DNA of 64,000 bases, from assembly GCA_963675755.2 (NCBI GenBank), contig CAXXMD010000002.1:2208001-2272000 (forward strand), written 5' to 3'. Every line of letters starts with the position of its first letter. The stretch's first letter is position 1. This document shows positions 19,776 through 30,457 of this stretch, one piece after another. Under the pieces are notes generated by a model, which made no database searches, had not been told where the DNA came from, and saw only the letters and a program-made list of their open reading frames with translations. Both the position numbers and the translations under genes were made by a program. Source of the stretch: a bacterium (GTDB lineage Bacteria > Zhuqueibacterota > Zhuqueibacteria > Residuimicrobiales > Krinioviventaceae).

Positions 19776-21404
19776 TTATTTCAATGTATTAACCAATTGA
19801 ACAATATCCAGAATATTTAATTCCCCGTCGTTATTGATATCTGCAGATGCTTTGGCTTTATCAGAATATTGCACCGGGTTCATAACCAGATTTGCAAGTT
19901 CTTTAACATCAACCAGATCAATTTCATCATCCCCATTCACATCCCCTTTGAGTCGATATTCTACAGCCGCAAGCGCATCAACCAATCCCCATCCATACAA
20001 ATTATTGGGATTATCGGCCTTGTCTGCCGTGAACATGAGTGCTTCCCGAACCTGCATGGGCGTCCAGTTGGGATGTGCTTCCAAAATCAAAGCACAAACA
20101 CCGGCTACAATCGGAGTCGAGTAGGATGTCCCTGTCCCATACTCATACCCGGTATTGTCATCCGGATCAGCACATCGCACACCCGTACCCATTGCAACCA
20201 CTTCTGGTTTAATACGCCCGTCATAGGTGGGTCCCGCCGAACTGTAAGCGGCAATATGTTCTTTATTATCCACAGCGCCAACAGAGATTACACTGTCCCC
20301 ATCTGCGGGAGCGGTAATATAATACCATGCATTATCCCGTTCATTTCCGGCAGAAGTACAGATGATAATTCCTCTTGAAACGGCAAGATCCGATGCAATA
20401 GTCATGGGTGATGTGTTACCATCCATGTCCGTATATGTATACCAGTCCAGATACCCAATTGAACAACTGACAATATCCGCGCCCAGGCTGTCGGCCCATT
20501 CAACCGCCGCTATCCAGTGGTCTTCTTCACCGGCATATTCCTGAATCAGATCCTCGGTTTTGGCCAATAGATATGTTGCTCCAAAGGCAGCCCCATACAA
20601 TTCACCGGATTTTTCCGCACCCATTGTAGACAATACTTTGGTACCATGATTGTGCTGATCTGCGTGATCAACCTCCGGATCATTTTCCGTATCATCATCA
20701 TTACGCAAAAAGTCATATTCTCCGGCAATCTTGAGATTGGTAAAAACCTCATGGTCGGTTTTAAAACCCGTGTCCGTAATACAGATTAAAACATCTTTAC
20801 CGGTCAATCCCATATCGTGCACATCCGGGACTTTGATCATTTCCAACTGCTGCAAAGATGAGCCATAAAAATACAAATGGCTGTTAATCTGGAAATCCTG
20901 ATACGGTTCCATACGTGTCACAGGTTCCGGTTGAATGGATTTCCTTCCCGCAATTATCCGGATCCCTTTAACATAGTCCTGTGAGGCTACAACATTCAAC
21001 TGGTCAACATCCAGAATACCGCTTACAGCGTTTAACCATTTACTCTGGTGCCGAACGTGCAAACCCATTGCTATTAATTCATCTATATACTGTTTTTTTA
21101 CGGGCAGATCATAATAATCCATTTTTTCGGCATTTACTTTTGAACGTCTTTTCAGGGCCCGTTCGGTAAGTGCAACTGTATTTGTTTTTTTCAACAAATC
21201 AGATTGCACATTTTCACCCTTGTCCATCAAAAAAATCCAGACCGGCACATTTCCTTCAAACAGTTCTGAATTTATAAAACTTTGCACACTAGAATGAATG
21301 ACAGGATCACTTTTCTCCGAAATATGCCCACTTGACGCAAATACAGATTCAGCAAAAATGAAAAGCAGTCCTATCATCCAAAATTTTAAATAACGTTTAT
21401 TCAA
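19776..21404 (-). CDS. Secreted S8 (subtilisin-like) serine peptidase with C-terminal dockerin-like domain
   Basis: TDTG, HGT, SAGN, GTSYSTP catalytic motifs; tail GDVNGDDEIDLVD...ADINNDGELNILD. Confidence 0.9.
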   Translation of the reverse strand: MNKRYLKFWMIGLLFIFAESVFASSGHISEKSDPVIHSSVQSFINSELFEGNVPVWIFLMDKGENVQSDLLKKTNTVALTERALKRRSKVNAEKMDYYDLPVKKQYIDELIAMGLHVRHQSKWLNAVSGILDVDQLNVVASQDYVKGIRIIAGRKSIQPEPVTRMEPYQDFQINSHLYFYGSSLQQLEMIKVPDVHDMGLTGKDVLICITDTGFKTDHEVFTNLKIAGEYDFLRNDDDTENDPEVDHADQHNHGTKVLSTMGAEKSGELYGAAFGATYLLAKTEDLIQEYAGEEDHWIAAVEWADSLGADIVSCSIGYLDWYTYTDMDGNTSPMTIASDLAVSRGIIICTSAGNERDNAWYYITAPADGDSVISVGAVDNKEHIAAYSSAGPTYDGRIKPEVVAMGTGVRCADPDDNTGYEYGTGTSYSTPIVAGVCALILEAHPNWTPMQVREALMFTADKADNPNNLYGWGLVDALAAVEYRLKGDVNGDDEIDLVDVKELANLVMNPVQYSDKAKASADINNDGELNILDIVQLVNTLK

Positions 21405-21410
21405 TCAAAC

Positions 21411-22832
21411 TCACCATATAAAAGGCATTTGAAATACACAAAAATATCCAAATACTACAAATGCTAAAATCAAGCCAACCAAAAAGATAAAACTGGGTTG
21501 TAAAACTTTTCTGGCTTCATCAGATAACAACTTGGGAAGTACAATGTACAAACCAGCAGCAACCCAAAGTGCCTGCAAAGGTGTAAGTAAAAGACCGTCA
21601 AGAATAGCACCCAGTTTGACCAAAAAGACCGGCTTTAAACCCAAAGTAAATACAATAACCATATTGGAGATAAAAAAGAAAACCAGAAAAATGCGAAACT
21701 GTGTCTTCCACTGGAATTTGCGGTTAAATGCGGGTACACAGAGTCTTAAACTGTCCGCCAGTAAACGCGGCCATCCCGCAAGCTGACCGATCTGGGTTCC
21801 AACCAATGCTGATGCACCGGCGATCAGAAACAGCGTCCCTCCCAGGGATCCCCATTTATTGCTGAATATGGTTGACAAGGTCAATGCAACATCCGGCCCT
21901 TCAGGGGCAAGTTTACTTGCTCCAAGCACACCCGCACCCGCAATCAGAAATCCGCTTGTAGAGATCACACCCAAAATCATGGCAATAGAAGCGTCGGTAT
22001 AAACAACATTACACCATCCTTTAATTTTAAGGGCGGCATTCTTGCTCATATTTTTCAATGCATGCAGATCAGCAGGCTGACCGTATCCTCTGCCCTCAGC
22101 TGCGCCATAACCGGCACCCAACACCCAATATGTATACCAAACCTGACTGGCAAAACCACCCGCGGCCCAGCCCATCAGCGGTAAAATCTCACGCCAGGGA
22201 TTATCAGAAACGCCATCCAGTTTTACTGCCCAGTCGGGTACCGGAGGAATTGTAAATCCAAATAAATGCTCCGTTATCCCAACCTGGGGAAGCACGTTGA
22301 TAGCAACATACAAAACACCTATCAGTACCACAGCAACAAAAAAGCTCATTATGATCTTTAAAAGATCAAACACACCCGACCACACAACAATTAATGAAAA
22401 TATGGTAACAAACCATCCACCAAAATAGGGCGAGACCGGCACCAGACTGTTTATAAACACACCGGCTGCCGATGCCAAAGATCCAATCGCTACCATGGCA
22501 CTGGCAAATTGTGCAACAAGTATCAACCAGACAGCCCAGTTTTTAGGTCCGGGAATTCTGGCACACATGTCTATCATCCCTTCCCCGGTACAGACCGTAT
22601 ACCGTGCGCCACTCATGCCAATCCAGAATTTTAAAAACACACCCAAAATCAGGGCCCAAATAACAGCAGGGCCTAAAATTGCCCCTACACGGGTCGCTAA
22701 AATCACTTCACCAGACCCGATAAATTCTGCGCACCAGATAAATGCAGGACCCACCAGGGCGAGAACTGCAAATCCTTTCGGCGGCATTCTGTAATCAGTT
22801 ACGATGTTTTTTTCACTCATGGGTTCAAACAA
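21411..22832 (-). CDS. Nramp/APC-superfamily transporter (YcsG-like)
   Basis: GPAFIWCAEFIGSGEVI, RYTVCTGE, about 11 TM segments. Confidence 0.75.
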   Translation of the reverse strand: MFEPMSEKNIVTDYRMPPKGFAVLALVGPAFIWCAEFIGSGEVILATRVGAILGPAVIWALILGVFLKFWIGMSGARYTVCTGEGMIDMCARIPGPKNWAVWLILVAQFASAMVAIGSLASAAGVFINSLVPVSPYFGGWFVTIFSLIVVWSGVFDLLKIIMSFFVAVVLIGVLYVAINVLPQVGITEHLFGFTIPPVPDWAVKLDGVSDNPWREILPLMGWAAGGFASQVWYTYWVLGAGYGAAEGRGYGQPADLHALKNMSKNAALKIKGWCNVVYTDASIAMILGVISTSGFLIAGAGVLGASKLAPEGPDVALTLSTIFSNKWGSLGGTLFLIAGASALVGTQIGQLAGWPRLLADSLRLCVPAFNRKFQWKTQFRIFLVFFFISNMVIVFTLGLKPVFLVKLGAILDGLLLTPLQALWVAAGLYIVLPKLLSDEARKVLQPSFIFLVGLILAFVVFGYFCVFQMPFIW

Positions 22833-23782
22833 TCCTCTACTACTTTACCATTTATCAGATTAACTAGATTCTCCACTGCACGTTCATGTAACTGTCGCAT
22901 GGCAGCATCCGAATACCATGCATAATGCCCCGTAGACAGCACCCTGGGATGTGTGATTAATGGCTGTTCTTCAGGACCTGTAGGTTCGTTTTTAAATACA
23001 TCCAGTCCCGCGCAGTGGATCTTGCCCTGATTCAAGGCTTTTAACAAAGCATCAGGATCAATAACATCTCCACGCGCGGTATTGATCAATATCGGACGAT
23101 TGTTCATTATTGCAAATGCGTTATCGTTAATAATATGATACGATGTCTCGTTCAAATCACAATGCAGGCTTATAACATGACTCTCTCCCAAAACATGCTG
23201 CAAGGTAGCCTGAGTGGCACCACAATCATCAAAGACAGACTCGGGGATATTGGGATCATAGGCCAGCACCCGCCCAAACAAATGCCTGACTTTAGTACAA
23301 AAGGTACCACCAATGCGCCCCAGTCCAATAATTCCAACGGTTTTATCATGCAGCTCGAAAATTTCCGGGGTTGGAGGTTTGCTGAAATCATTATAAATAG
23401 ATTTTGAACCGGCAGGAAGCATTCGAATACAGGAATACATTAACGCAATAGCATGATCAGAAACCGAGTGATTTGCATAGCCCTGAACATTTGCAACCCG
23501 TACACCCTGCCGGGTAGCTGCACTCAGATCCACGTTATCATACCCTACACCATAACGAACAACTGCTTTTAATTCAGGTACTTGAGACAAAAAATGCTCA
23601 TCAATCAATGTACCACGGACCATCATTCCAACTGAACCGGATGCAAATTCTATTTTTGCATCTCGGTCCTGCGGATCACCATCATACATTTCCAGTACAT
23701 ATCCATGTTCTTTTAAATACGACGCTTCATACGCATAAGTATCGTATCCACCGTCAATAATCACTACTCGCTGCGTGTTCAT
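22817..23782 (-). CDS. D-isomer-specific 2-hydroxyacid dehydrogenase (CtBP-like)
   Basis: RYGVGYDNVD, GIIGLGRIG, INTARG, GLDVF..EP, HYAWYS. Confidence 0.9.
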   Translation of the reverse strand: MNTQRVVIIDGGYDTYAYEASYLKEHGYVLEMYDGDPQDRDAKIEFASGSVGMMVRGTLIDEHFLSQVPELKAVVRYGVGYDNVDLSAATRQGVRVANVQGYANHSVSDHAIALMYSCIRMLPAGSKSIYNDFSKPPTPEIFELHDKTVGIIGLGRIGGTFCTKVRHLFGRVLAYDPNIPESVFDDCGATQATLQHVLGESHVISLHCDLNETSYHIINDNAFAIMNNRPILINTARGDVIDPDALLKALNQGKIHCAGLDVFKNEPTGPEEQPLITHPRVLSTGHYAWYSDAAMRQLHERAVENLVNLINGKVVEDCLNP

Positions 23783-24825
23783 TTTTCCTGCTCTTTTTTA
23801 ATATTCAAAATTACATCCAAGATTTTATCAGCGCCAAAGCGAATCACATCTGTAACCGGCAAACCGGTTTCAAACTCAGTCTGCAATACAATATCACGTG
23901 CTTCACGCTCACCATAATTATTCAAATTCAAAGAGATTGCTACAACCGGTGCAGAATAAACGGGAGCAGTCACTTTTTCGTATATTTCTCTTATAACATT
24001 AATGGGGGGAATTTTGGTATTTGCAGAACCGCGCATGATAGACCGTTCCGGTTGATGGCACAACACCAGCACATCAGGCATAAATCCATGCAGCATGGAC
24101 AATGTAACTCCTGAATATAAAGGATTGGCAATGGCACCCTGGCCTTCTAACAGGAGAAACTCATGGTCCTGATTTTCCAGCACCAATTGTTCAGCCGCAC
24201 CAGCCATAAAATCTCCGGGAACGCTGTCAATGGCAATCCCTTTGCCAGACAATAAAATGCCTCCCTGGCCGGTAGCAATAAATTGGGAATCCAGTCCCCG
24301 TTTTAACAATCCCAAATGCAGCTCATAGGTTGTTATCTTTTTACCGCAATTACAATCCATTCCAACGGTATGGACCCGAAAAGCTTTAACATCTGCAGCC
24401 CTGCAGCGGTTTACAGATAAACCTTTCGGAGGTTTTCGAAGATCATACAATGTAATATTGTTTTGTTTGGCTTTTGTAGAGATCTGGCTATCATCACATA
24501 AATAACTGTGCATACCGTTGTAAATATCGAGACCGGCATCAATGGCTTCCAATATCACAGATCGCCATTCATCCGGCAAAGCGCCTCCAGCAGGATTTAT
24601 GCCAATCACCAGTGCATTGGGATTCAATGCCAGTGCATCTTGAAGAGAAGCGGTTATGGGCACCCCTTTTCCCACCGTTAACAATTCCGAAGCATCTCGC
24701 CCGGAATTATCAGGATCAATCAAAGCCACTACAGAATCCGGTCTATACCGCAATAATACAGATGCCATTTTGGCAAGCGTTGGATGCGTATTCCCGGTTG
24801 TTAGAATAGCGTAACGGCGTTCCAT
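23779..24825 (-). CDS. DUF1611 family protein (DgcN-like)
   Basis: TVGMDCNCGKK, ATGQGGI, EGQG, LHG..PD.LVLCH, GLPVTDV.RFG. Confidence 0.85.
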   Translation of the reverse strand: MERRYAILTTGNTHPTLAKMASVLLRYRPDSVVALIDPDNSGRDASELLTVGKGVPITASLQDALALNPNALVIGINPAGGALPDEWRSVILEAIDAGLDIYNGMHSYLCDDSQISTKAKQNNITLYDLRKPPKGLSVNRCRAADVKAFRVHTVGMDCNCGKKITTYELHLGLLKRGLDSQFIATGQGGILLSGKGIAIDSVPGDFMAGAAEQLVLENQDHEFLLLEGQGAIANPLYSGVTLSMLHGFMPDVLVLCHQPERSIMRGSANTKIPPINVIREIYEKVTAPVYSAPVVAISLNLNNYGEREARDIVLQTEFETGLPVTDVIRFGADKILDVILNIKKEQEK

Positions 24826-24897
24826 ATTACCTCTTTTGGTTTAAAAAAAGATAATATTAATTTCAGTCAGAGTCAACAGGCTTTTAAACCTGTAATA

Positions 24898-25854
24898 TTA
24901 AAAACGGGGACGGAAACCCTCACCCAGAACTTCATGAACGTTATTTACAATTATAAAAGCATCCGGGTCAATAGCTTTAACCTTGTCTACAAGGTTTACA
25001 ATTTCCTTTTTGCTCAAAACCGTATAAATCACATCTCGCGATTGATTGGTATACACGCCTTTGGCAGCCAAAGCAGTTGCTCCACGGTCCATGTCCAATG
25101 TGATCATTTTTATAACATCTGCCTGCTTTTCAGATATGATAAATGCTGAACGCGCATAATCAAAGCCTTCAATAATCACATCAATAATTCTTGCCGCTAT
25201 AAATACACCAAAAAAGGCATACAGACTCAAAACCAATGCTGGCCTGTCCGGAGAAAGATCTTTGAACCAGATGATAAATCCTGCAATGACGATAACAAAA
25301 AAGTCCATTGTCAGTAATGAATGACCGGGTTTATAACCAAACCGTTTTCGTAAAATAGCCGCAATAATATCTGTACCACCAGTAGTGCCATGAAACTTGA
25401 ATATAATACCAAGCCCCAAACCAACCAGAGAACCACCCATTACTACCAGCAGAACAAACTCGTGTTCAAGCATATAAACAATCGCCGGATGTTCATGCAG
25501 ACGAATAAAAGTGAGTCCGGGTACAACCCCTTGCAATAAATCTATAAAAAAAGAACTAAATGTAAATCCCACAAAAGTACGAATACCAAAACGTCTGCCC
25601 AGTTCCCGAATTCCCCAAATATAAAGAGGAATATTGGTCACCCAGATCATTAAACCTACCGGAATTCTATTACCGGATAGATAATGGATAGCCATAGCCA
25701 GTCCGCTTACGCCTCCGGGTACAACTTTGGCATTCACTAAAAAGACCCCAATACCCAACGCCATTATAAATGACCCAATTAATATCAGAATATAATCTTT
25801 CCAGATTCCTTTTTGATACAATCCCAGGTCCGTGAAAAATTTTGCCAGATTCAT
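24898..25854 (-). CDS. YitT family membrane protein
   Basis: PGGVSGLA, NIPL, TTGGTDIIA, RGAT, IDPDAF, EVLGEGF. Confidence 0.9.
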   Translation of the reverse strand: MNLAKFFTDLGLYQKGIWKDYILILIGSFIMALGIGVFLVNAKVVPGGVSGLAMAIHYLSGNRIPVGLMIWVTNIPLYIWGIRELGRRFGIRTFVGFTFSSFFIDLLQGVVPGLTFIRLHEHPAIVYMLEHEFVLLVVMGGSLVGLGLGIIFKFHGTTGGTDIIAAILRKRFGYKPGHSLLTMDFFVIVIAGFIIWFKDLSPDRPALVLSLYAFFGVFIAARIIDVIIEGFDYARSAFIISEKQADVIKMITLDMDRGATALAAKGVYTNQSRDVIYTVLSKKEIVNLVDKVKAIDPDAFIIVNNVHEVLGEGFRPRF

Positions 25855-26013
25855 TCATGCCCTTTCATAAACGCAGAAAAAATTCAATTTTTAATGTACA
25901 AATTTTGAATCCGCATTGCAATATAATCTTTGTATTCTTATATTATGTATGCATCAAGTACTGCAATTTTATTTATTCACTTTTTCTGCCCACAGAACAA
26001 ATCTGGAGGTTCA

Positions 26014-29000
26014 ATGTACTGGAAACGATTGCTTAAAGGGGCAATTTTAATTATGTTAATTGGTTCAAACGGTCACTCACAAACCCTGCAAAACAGTATA
26101 ACCCAATGGCTGGTGCTCGGTTCTTTTAAAACAGACACTTTGCACACCGCATTACAAACTCAATTCTTACAAAATGAAGCGGAATTACAACCCGTAAAAG
26201 GCGAAACACCGCTGCCTTCTTCATTCCAGTGGCAGGCGATTGAAACGCTTCCCTCAGGAATCATTGATTTTAGCGAATTCCACTTTCCCGCGCAAACCCA
26301 AAGTATCGCTTATGCAGCAACCTATATTTACTCACAAAATGAGAAAAATATTGTTCTGGCAATTGGCAGCAATGATGCATATGCTTTTTGGTTAAATAAA
26401 ATACGCGTACACGAAAATTTTATTTTCAGAACGCTCCTCAAAGGCGATGACCATGTTACAGTAAGATTATCTTCGGGATGGAACCGTCTTCTGTTCAAAG
26501 TCCTTAATGATGGTGGTGGCTGGGGGCTGAGTGTTGATCTTGAAGACACTGAAGGTAATGTGATTACAGATTTACAATGCACCAATGAAAAACCGGAATC
26601 TGTGAATATGGAAGCCGCGTCTCCCTTTGCCTATATCGATCATTATGAATTTGGCCCCAGTTATATGGACAATGGTAAACGCTATTACCCGCTCAACGTT
26701 ACAATCCGGAACCTGGGTAAATTGGGGACCCATTCGGGCAGGGCTACGGTAGATACCCGCAGAAGCCGGTTCCAGAGTAAATCATTCAAACTCGACACGG
26801 TTACAACCGTATCTTACAATTTCAGTTCAAGGGACTTGTGGAACAAACTCAACAAACCTTGTGGAATTCGTATTGTACTGAATGGTAAAATGAATGATAC
26901 AGAGATTTTCACCATAGAACCCGAAATGATCTTTGCCAGTTTGTTTCAGGGAGATGAACTACCAGAAGAAATTTTACCTTTTAAACCTCTGTTTGCGGAT
27001 TTTAAGGAAAACCTGTTTTGGTACAAAACATTTACAGGCGAACCTTTTTCATATCAACCTAGTGATCTGGCAGATTGCGTGGACCATGCGCTGCATAACG
27101 AATGGGGCCCCTTTGTACAAATGCTGAACACCCTGTTTGTTGATGTCATCAACTTGTCTCACATCATTAAACAGGATACCCTGCACATGATCGGTCAGTC
27201 ACATATCGATATGGCGTGGGTATGGCAATGGCCCGAAACCATTGATGTCTGCCGTCGTACTTATGCATCCGCTATCAATTTTATTGATGAATATCCGGAT
27301 TTTCAATACATCCAGAGTCAGGCTGTAAGCTTTATGTGGATGGAGGAAAAATATCCGGATCTGTTTGCAAAAATCCAGCAAGCCGTCAAAAAAAATCGTT
27401 TCCATCTTGTCGGTGGAATGTGGGTAGAACCCGATCTAAACCTCGCCGGCGGCGAAGCGCTCATTCGCCAAATCCTTTATGGTAAACGCTATTTCAGAGA
27501 AAAATTTGGTGTGGATTGTATTACAGGCTATACTCCCGATACGTTTGGATACACCTGGACCCTGCCTCAAATTCTGGCAAAATCAGGATTCCAGTATTTT
27601 GTTACAACAAAGATCCGCTGGAATGATACAACCCATTTCCCGCACAGTATCTTTCGCTGGATTTCACCGGATGGTTCATCCATTCTGACGTGTTTACCGA
27701 ATGGATTAAATATATCCAACAAACCGGAAGAACTGGCTGAAAAAATGCTGGAATACAAATCCGAAGGGTATAACAATGTACCGGTTCTGTATGGTGTAGG
27801 CGACCATGGCGGCGGTCCTACCCGTCAGCATTTTGAGAGCATCAAAAAACTGCAGAATACCAGCGTGTTTCCGGCACTGGCGCATGACGATCTGGACAGT
27901 TATATGAAACACATTGACTACAAATACCCGGACGCACCAAAGTATGAAAATGAACTGTATCTGGAATATCATCGCGGTACGTTGACAACCCAGGGCCGTG
28001 TAAAAAAACAAAATCGTCAGGCTGAAATCGCTCTCGAAGAATCTGAAAAACTCGCTGTTTTTTCAGGTATCCCCTGGCCAAAAGATTCTCTCGAAACCGC
28101 ATGGAAGCTGGCCCTGTTTAACCAGTTTCACGACATTCTCCCCGGCTCAAGCATTCCAGAGGTTTATGATGATGCGGACAAGGACTATCTGCGAGTCAAT
28201 TCGTTGACCAAAGATATTATAAACAATTCAATGCAGGCTATCACCAAAGACATTGACCTGGATGAAAAAGATACTCCTGTTGTTGTGTTCAATACGTTAA
28301 ACTGGCAGCGAAGCGGTCTGGTTTCTGTCAATCTGCCTCAGGATTTAAGCATCAAAGAAGTCAAAGATGATAATGATGAAAAAATGCCTTATCAGCAAAC
28401 GGATATCAGTGTGCAATTCATTGCCAGAGATGTGCCTGCAAATGGTTATAAAACCTTTTGGCTGCGAAAAGGCAAATACAAACACCATGATGAGATCAAA
28501 GTTGGACCAACCTTTCTTGAAAATGAATTTGTACGTGTAGAAATTGATGCCCAGAACGGCAATATTTCCAGATTCTTTGACAAAGTGAACAATCAGGAAA
28601 TCCTTGTAGAAGGTCAGCAGGGCAATATCCTCCAATTCTTTGAGGATAAACCGGACAACTATGATGCATGGAATATAGGATACACCGGTGAAATGCAGGA
28701 ATGCTCGCAAGTAAGCAGCATCATCATCAAAGAAAAAGGGCCGGCCCGCGCTATTCTCAGTGTTGTGAGAGAGTATAACAAATCAGTGTTCACACAGGAC
28801 TATACCCTGTATGCCGACAGTCCCCGCCTCGATATTGTAACCCAGGCAGACTGGCACGAACATCACATTCTGGCTAAAGCGGCATTTCCGGTAAATATTC
28901 AATCAGACAAGGCAACTTTTGACATTGCCTATGGCAGCATAGAGCGCACAACAAATCCGCAAACCCCGGCTGAAAAAGCCAAATGGGAAGTTGCCGCGCA

Positions 29001-29568
29001 CAAATACGCAGACCTGTCCGACGACAATTACGGCGTTTCTCTCATGAACGATTGTAAATACGGTTACGATGTTAAAGACAATGTTATGCGCCTCACCCTG
29101 CTGCGTTCCCCCCTAACTCCGGATCCTATCAGCAAACCCATTGGATACGAGAATCCCTATGCTGACCAGGGACTGCACGAGTTTACCTATTCCATTTATC
29201 CGCACAAGGGAAACTGCAAAACTGCCAACAGTGTCCGCAAGGCATACGAACTCAACATGCCCTTAAAAGCGGTTGTAATGGAAAAACAGGATGGTCAGGC
29301 GCCCCGTCAAAACAGCTATCTGAGCGTAAACAAGGAAAACCTCATTGTTACCGCAGTCAAACACGCGGAAGACTCGGATGCGCTCATCATCCGGCTTTAC
29401 GAGACCCACGGCTGGCCTGTTGAAGCGGAACTCACACTCGCTGTGCCATTCACCAAAGCATGGACGGGTGATATGATGGAAAATAAACTGGAAAGTCTGG
29501 CAGTAAAGGGCAAGACAGTAACTTTTTCAGCTGGAAAATATGAAATAATAACCCTGATCTTGGAATAA
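26014..29568 (+). CDS. Secreted GH38 alpha-mannosidase with long N-terminal extension
   Basis: SHIDMAW, GGMWVEPD, PDTFG, GVGDHGGGP, LYLEYHRG, NQFHDILPGS, LTLLRSP; GGAGG SD before ATG 26014 (ORF track start 25930). Confidence 0.92.
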   Translation: MYWKRLLKGAILIMLIGSNGHSQTLQNSITQWLVLGSFKTDTLHTALQTQFLQNEAELQPVKGETPLPSSFQWQAIETLPSGIIDFSEFHFPAQTQSIAYAATYIYSQNEKNIVLAIGSNDAYAFWLNKIRVHENFIFRTLLKGDDHVTVRLSSGWNRLLFKVLNDGGGWGLSVDLEDTEGNVITDLQCTNEKPESVNMEAASPFAYIDHYEFGPSYMDNGKRYYPLNVTIRNLGKLGTHSGRATVDTRRSRFQSKSFKLDTVTTVSYNFSSRDLWNKLNKPCGIRIVLNGKMNDTEIFTIEPEMIFASLFQGDELPEEILPFKPLFADFKENLFWYKTFTGEPFSYQPSDLADCVDHALHNEWGPFVQMLNTLFVDVINLSHIIKQDTLHMIGQSHIDMAWVWQWPETIDVCRRTYASAINFIDEYPDFQYIQSQAVSFMWMEEKYPDLFAKIQQAVKKNRFHLVGGMWVEPDLNLAGGEALIRQILYGKRYFREKFGVDCITGYTPDTFGYTWTLPQILAKSGFQYFVTTKIRWNDTTHFPHSIFRWISPDGSSILTCLPNGLNISNKPEELAEKMLEYKSEGYNNVPVLYGVGDHGGGPTRQHFESIKKLQNTSVFPALAHDDLDSYMKHIDYKYPDAPKYENELYLEYHRGTLTTQGRVKKQNRQAEIALEESEKLAVFSGIPWPKDSLETAWKLALFNQFHDILPGSSIPEVYDDADKDYLRVNSLTKDIINNSMQAITKDIDLDEKDTPVVVFNTLNWQRSGLVSVNLPQDLSIKEVKDDNDEKMPYQQTDISVQFIARDVPANGYKTFWLRKGKYKHHDEIKVGPTFLENEFVRVEIDAQNGNISRFFDKVNNQEILVEGQQGNILQFFEDKPDNYDAWNIGYTGEMQECSQVSSIIIKEKGPARAILSVVREYNKSVFTQDYTLYADSPRLDIVTQADWHEHHILAKAAFPVNIQSDKATFDIAYGSIERTTNPQTPAEKAKWEVAAHKYADLSDDNYGVSLMNDCKYGYDVKDNVMRLTLLRSPLTPDPISKPIGYENPYADQGLHEFTYSIYPHKGNCKTANSVRKAYELNMPLKAVVMEKQDGQAPRQNSYLSVNKENLIVTAVKHAEDSDALIIRLYETHGWPVEAELTLAVPFTKAWTGDMMENKLESLAVKGKTVTFSAGKYEIITLILE

Positions 29569-29581
29569 AGACAAATGGCAC

Positions 29582-29646
29582 CCTGCCCGGGGGACCTTGA
29601 CCCGGGCAGGATAGCCCTAGTCCGCGGGTAGCCCCTAACCGCGGAA
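29582..29646. terminator. Tandem GC-rich hairpins between convergent genes
   Basis: CCTGCCCGGG-n9-CCCGGGCAGG and TCCGCGG-n11-CCGCGGA. Confidence 0.5.
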
Positions 29647-29829
29647 CAAGGTTTGAGGCTGCGGCCGATATGGATATTTACATTCGGTCCTATGAAACCT
29701 GCGCGCATCACGGACCTGTCCACATACCGGTCAAATCAGACCGGTTATACAAAAATACCCGCCAGATGGGTAGCCACTGGCGAATATGAATGGTATAAAG
29801 CCCAACCCTGCATCAATCCCGCAAATCTG

Positions 29830-30300
29830 CTACATACCGGCATCTGCCATGGCCGGCTTTGAAACCAGTTCCCATGTTTCTTTCAGATACCCTTCGGTTC
29901 TCTCTGATGCCTCAATTTCAATGGTCCACTGGTTTTCTACAATTTCGCTTTTAAATGTCAGGTGCGTGCCCACTCGAGCCGGCGAGCTGGAAGCCTCGTA
30001 ATACTCGGTATATGTACCTTCACCCAGGGTATATGTGCCCACAGCGGCAAAGAACTGGGAATCGGGATTCGCCTTGTACATCTCGATAACGGCAAAATGC
30101 TCACCGCTCATGAGTTTGTAACAAATACGCTCCTCCCCGTCAATGGTACCGCTGATCTCTCCACTGGCATACTGGGCTTCAATCATTCGCCACGTACCGC
30201 AAAGAGGTCCCTTTAACATCACTTCTCCCGGTTTGGGCTGGCAGGACATAAACAGCAAGATCATTAAAACCACGGAAACGGTGCCATACATACCACGCAT
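29830..30300 (-). CDS. Lipocalin-like lipoprotein
   Basis: AGGAGG SD before ATG 30300; lipobox-like FMSC; L.GTW, GTYTL, ETWE motifs. Confidence 0.65.
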   Translation of the reverse strand: MRGMYGTVSVVLMILLFMSCQPKPGEVMLKGPLCGTWRMIEAQYASGEISGTIDGEERICYKLMSGEHFAVIEMYKANPDSQFFAAVGTYTLGEGTYTEYYEASSSPARVGTHLTFKSEIVENQWTIEIEASERTEGYLKETWELVSKPAMADAGM

Positions 30301-30457
30301 ACACACCTCCTGGTGTTTTGTGAAAAAACACAATAATGAATTAGTGGAAATTTCCGTCCCGTTCCGGCAGGTTTGCGCCCAACACTCTGCGGATTGATGA
30401 GGTTCTTAAATTTGTAACAAAAGTTTTGAGGAAAAGATTTCGGGGAAATTTTTAAAA

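Noticed and set aside
29653-29862. 69-aa ORF after the mannosidase
   Set aside because: TTG start, no motif, overlaps the end of the convergent gene.
30345-30400. Possible c-di-GMP-I riboswitch (minus strand GCAAACC...GGGACGGAAA) before the lipocalin-like gene
   Set aside because: Only partial word matches; P2 stem and P3 region could not be built. An Rfam scan would settle it.
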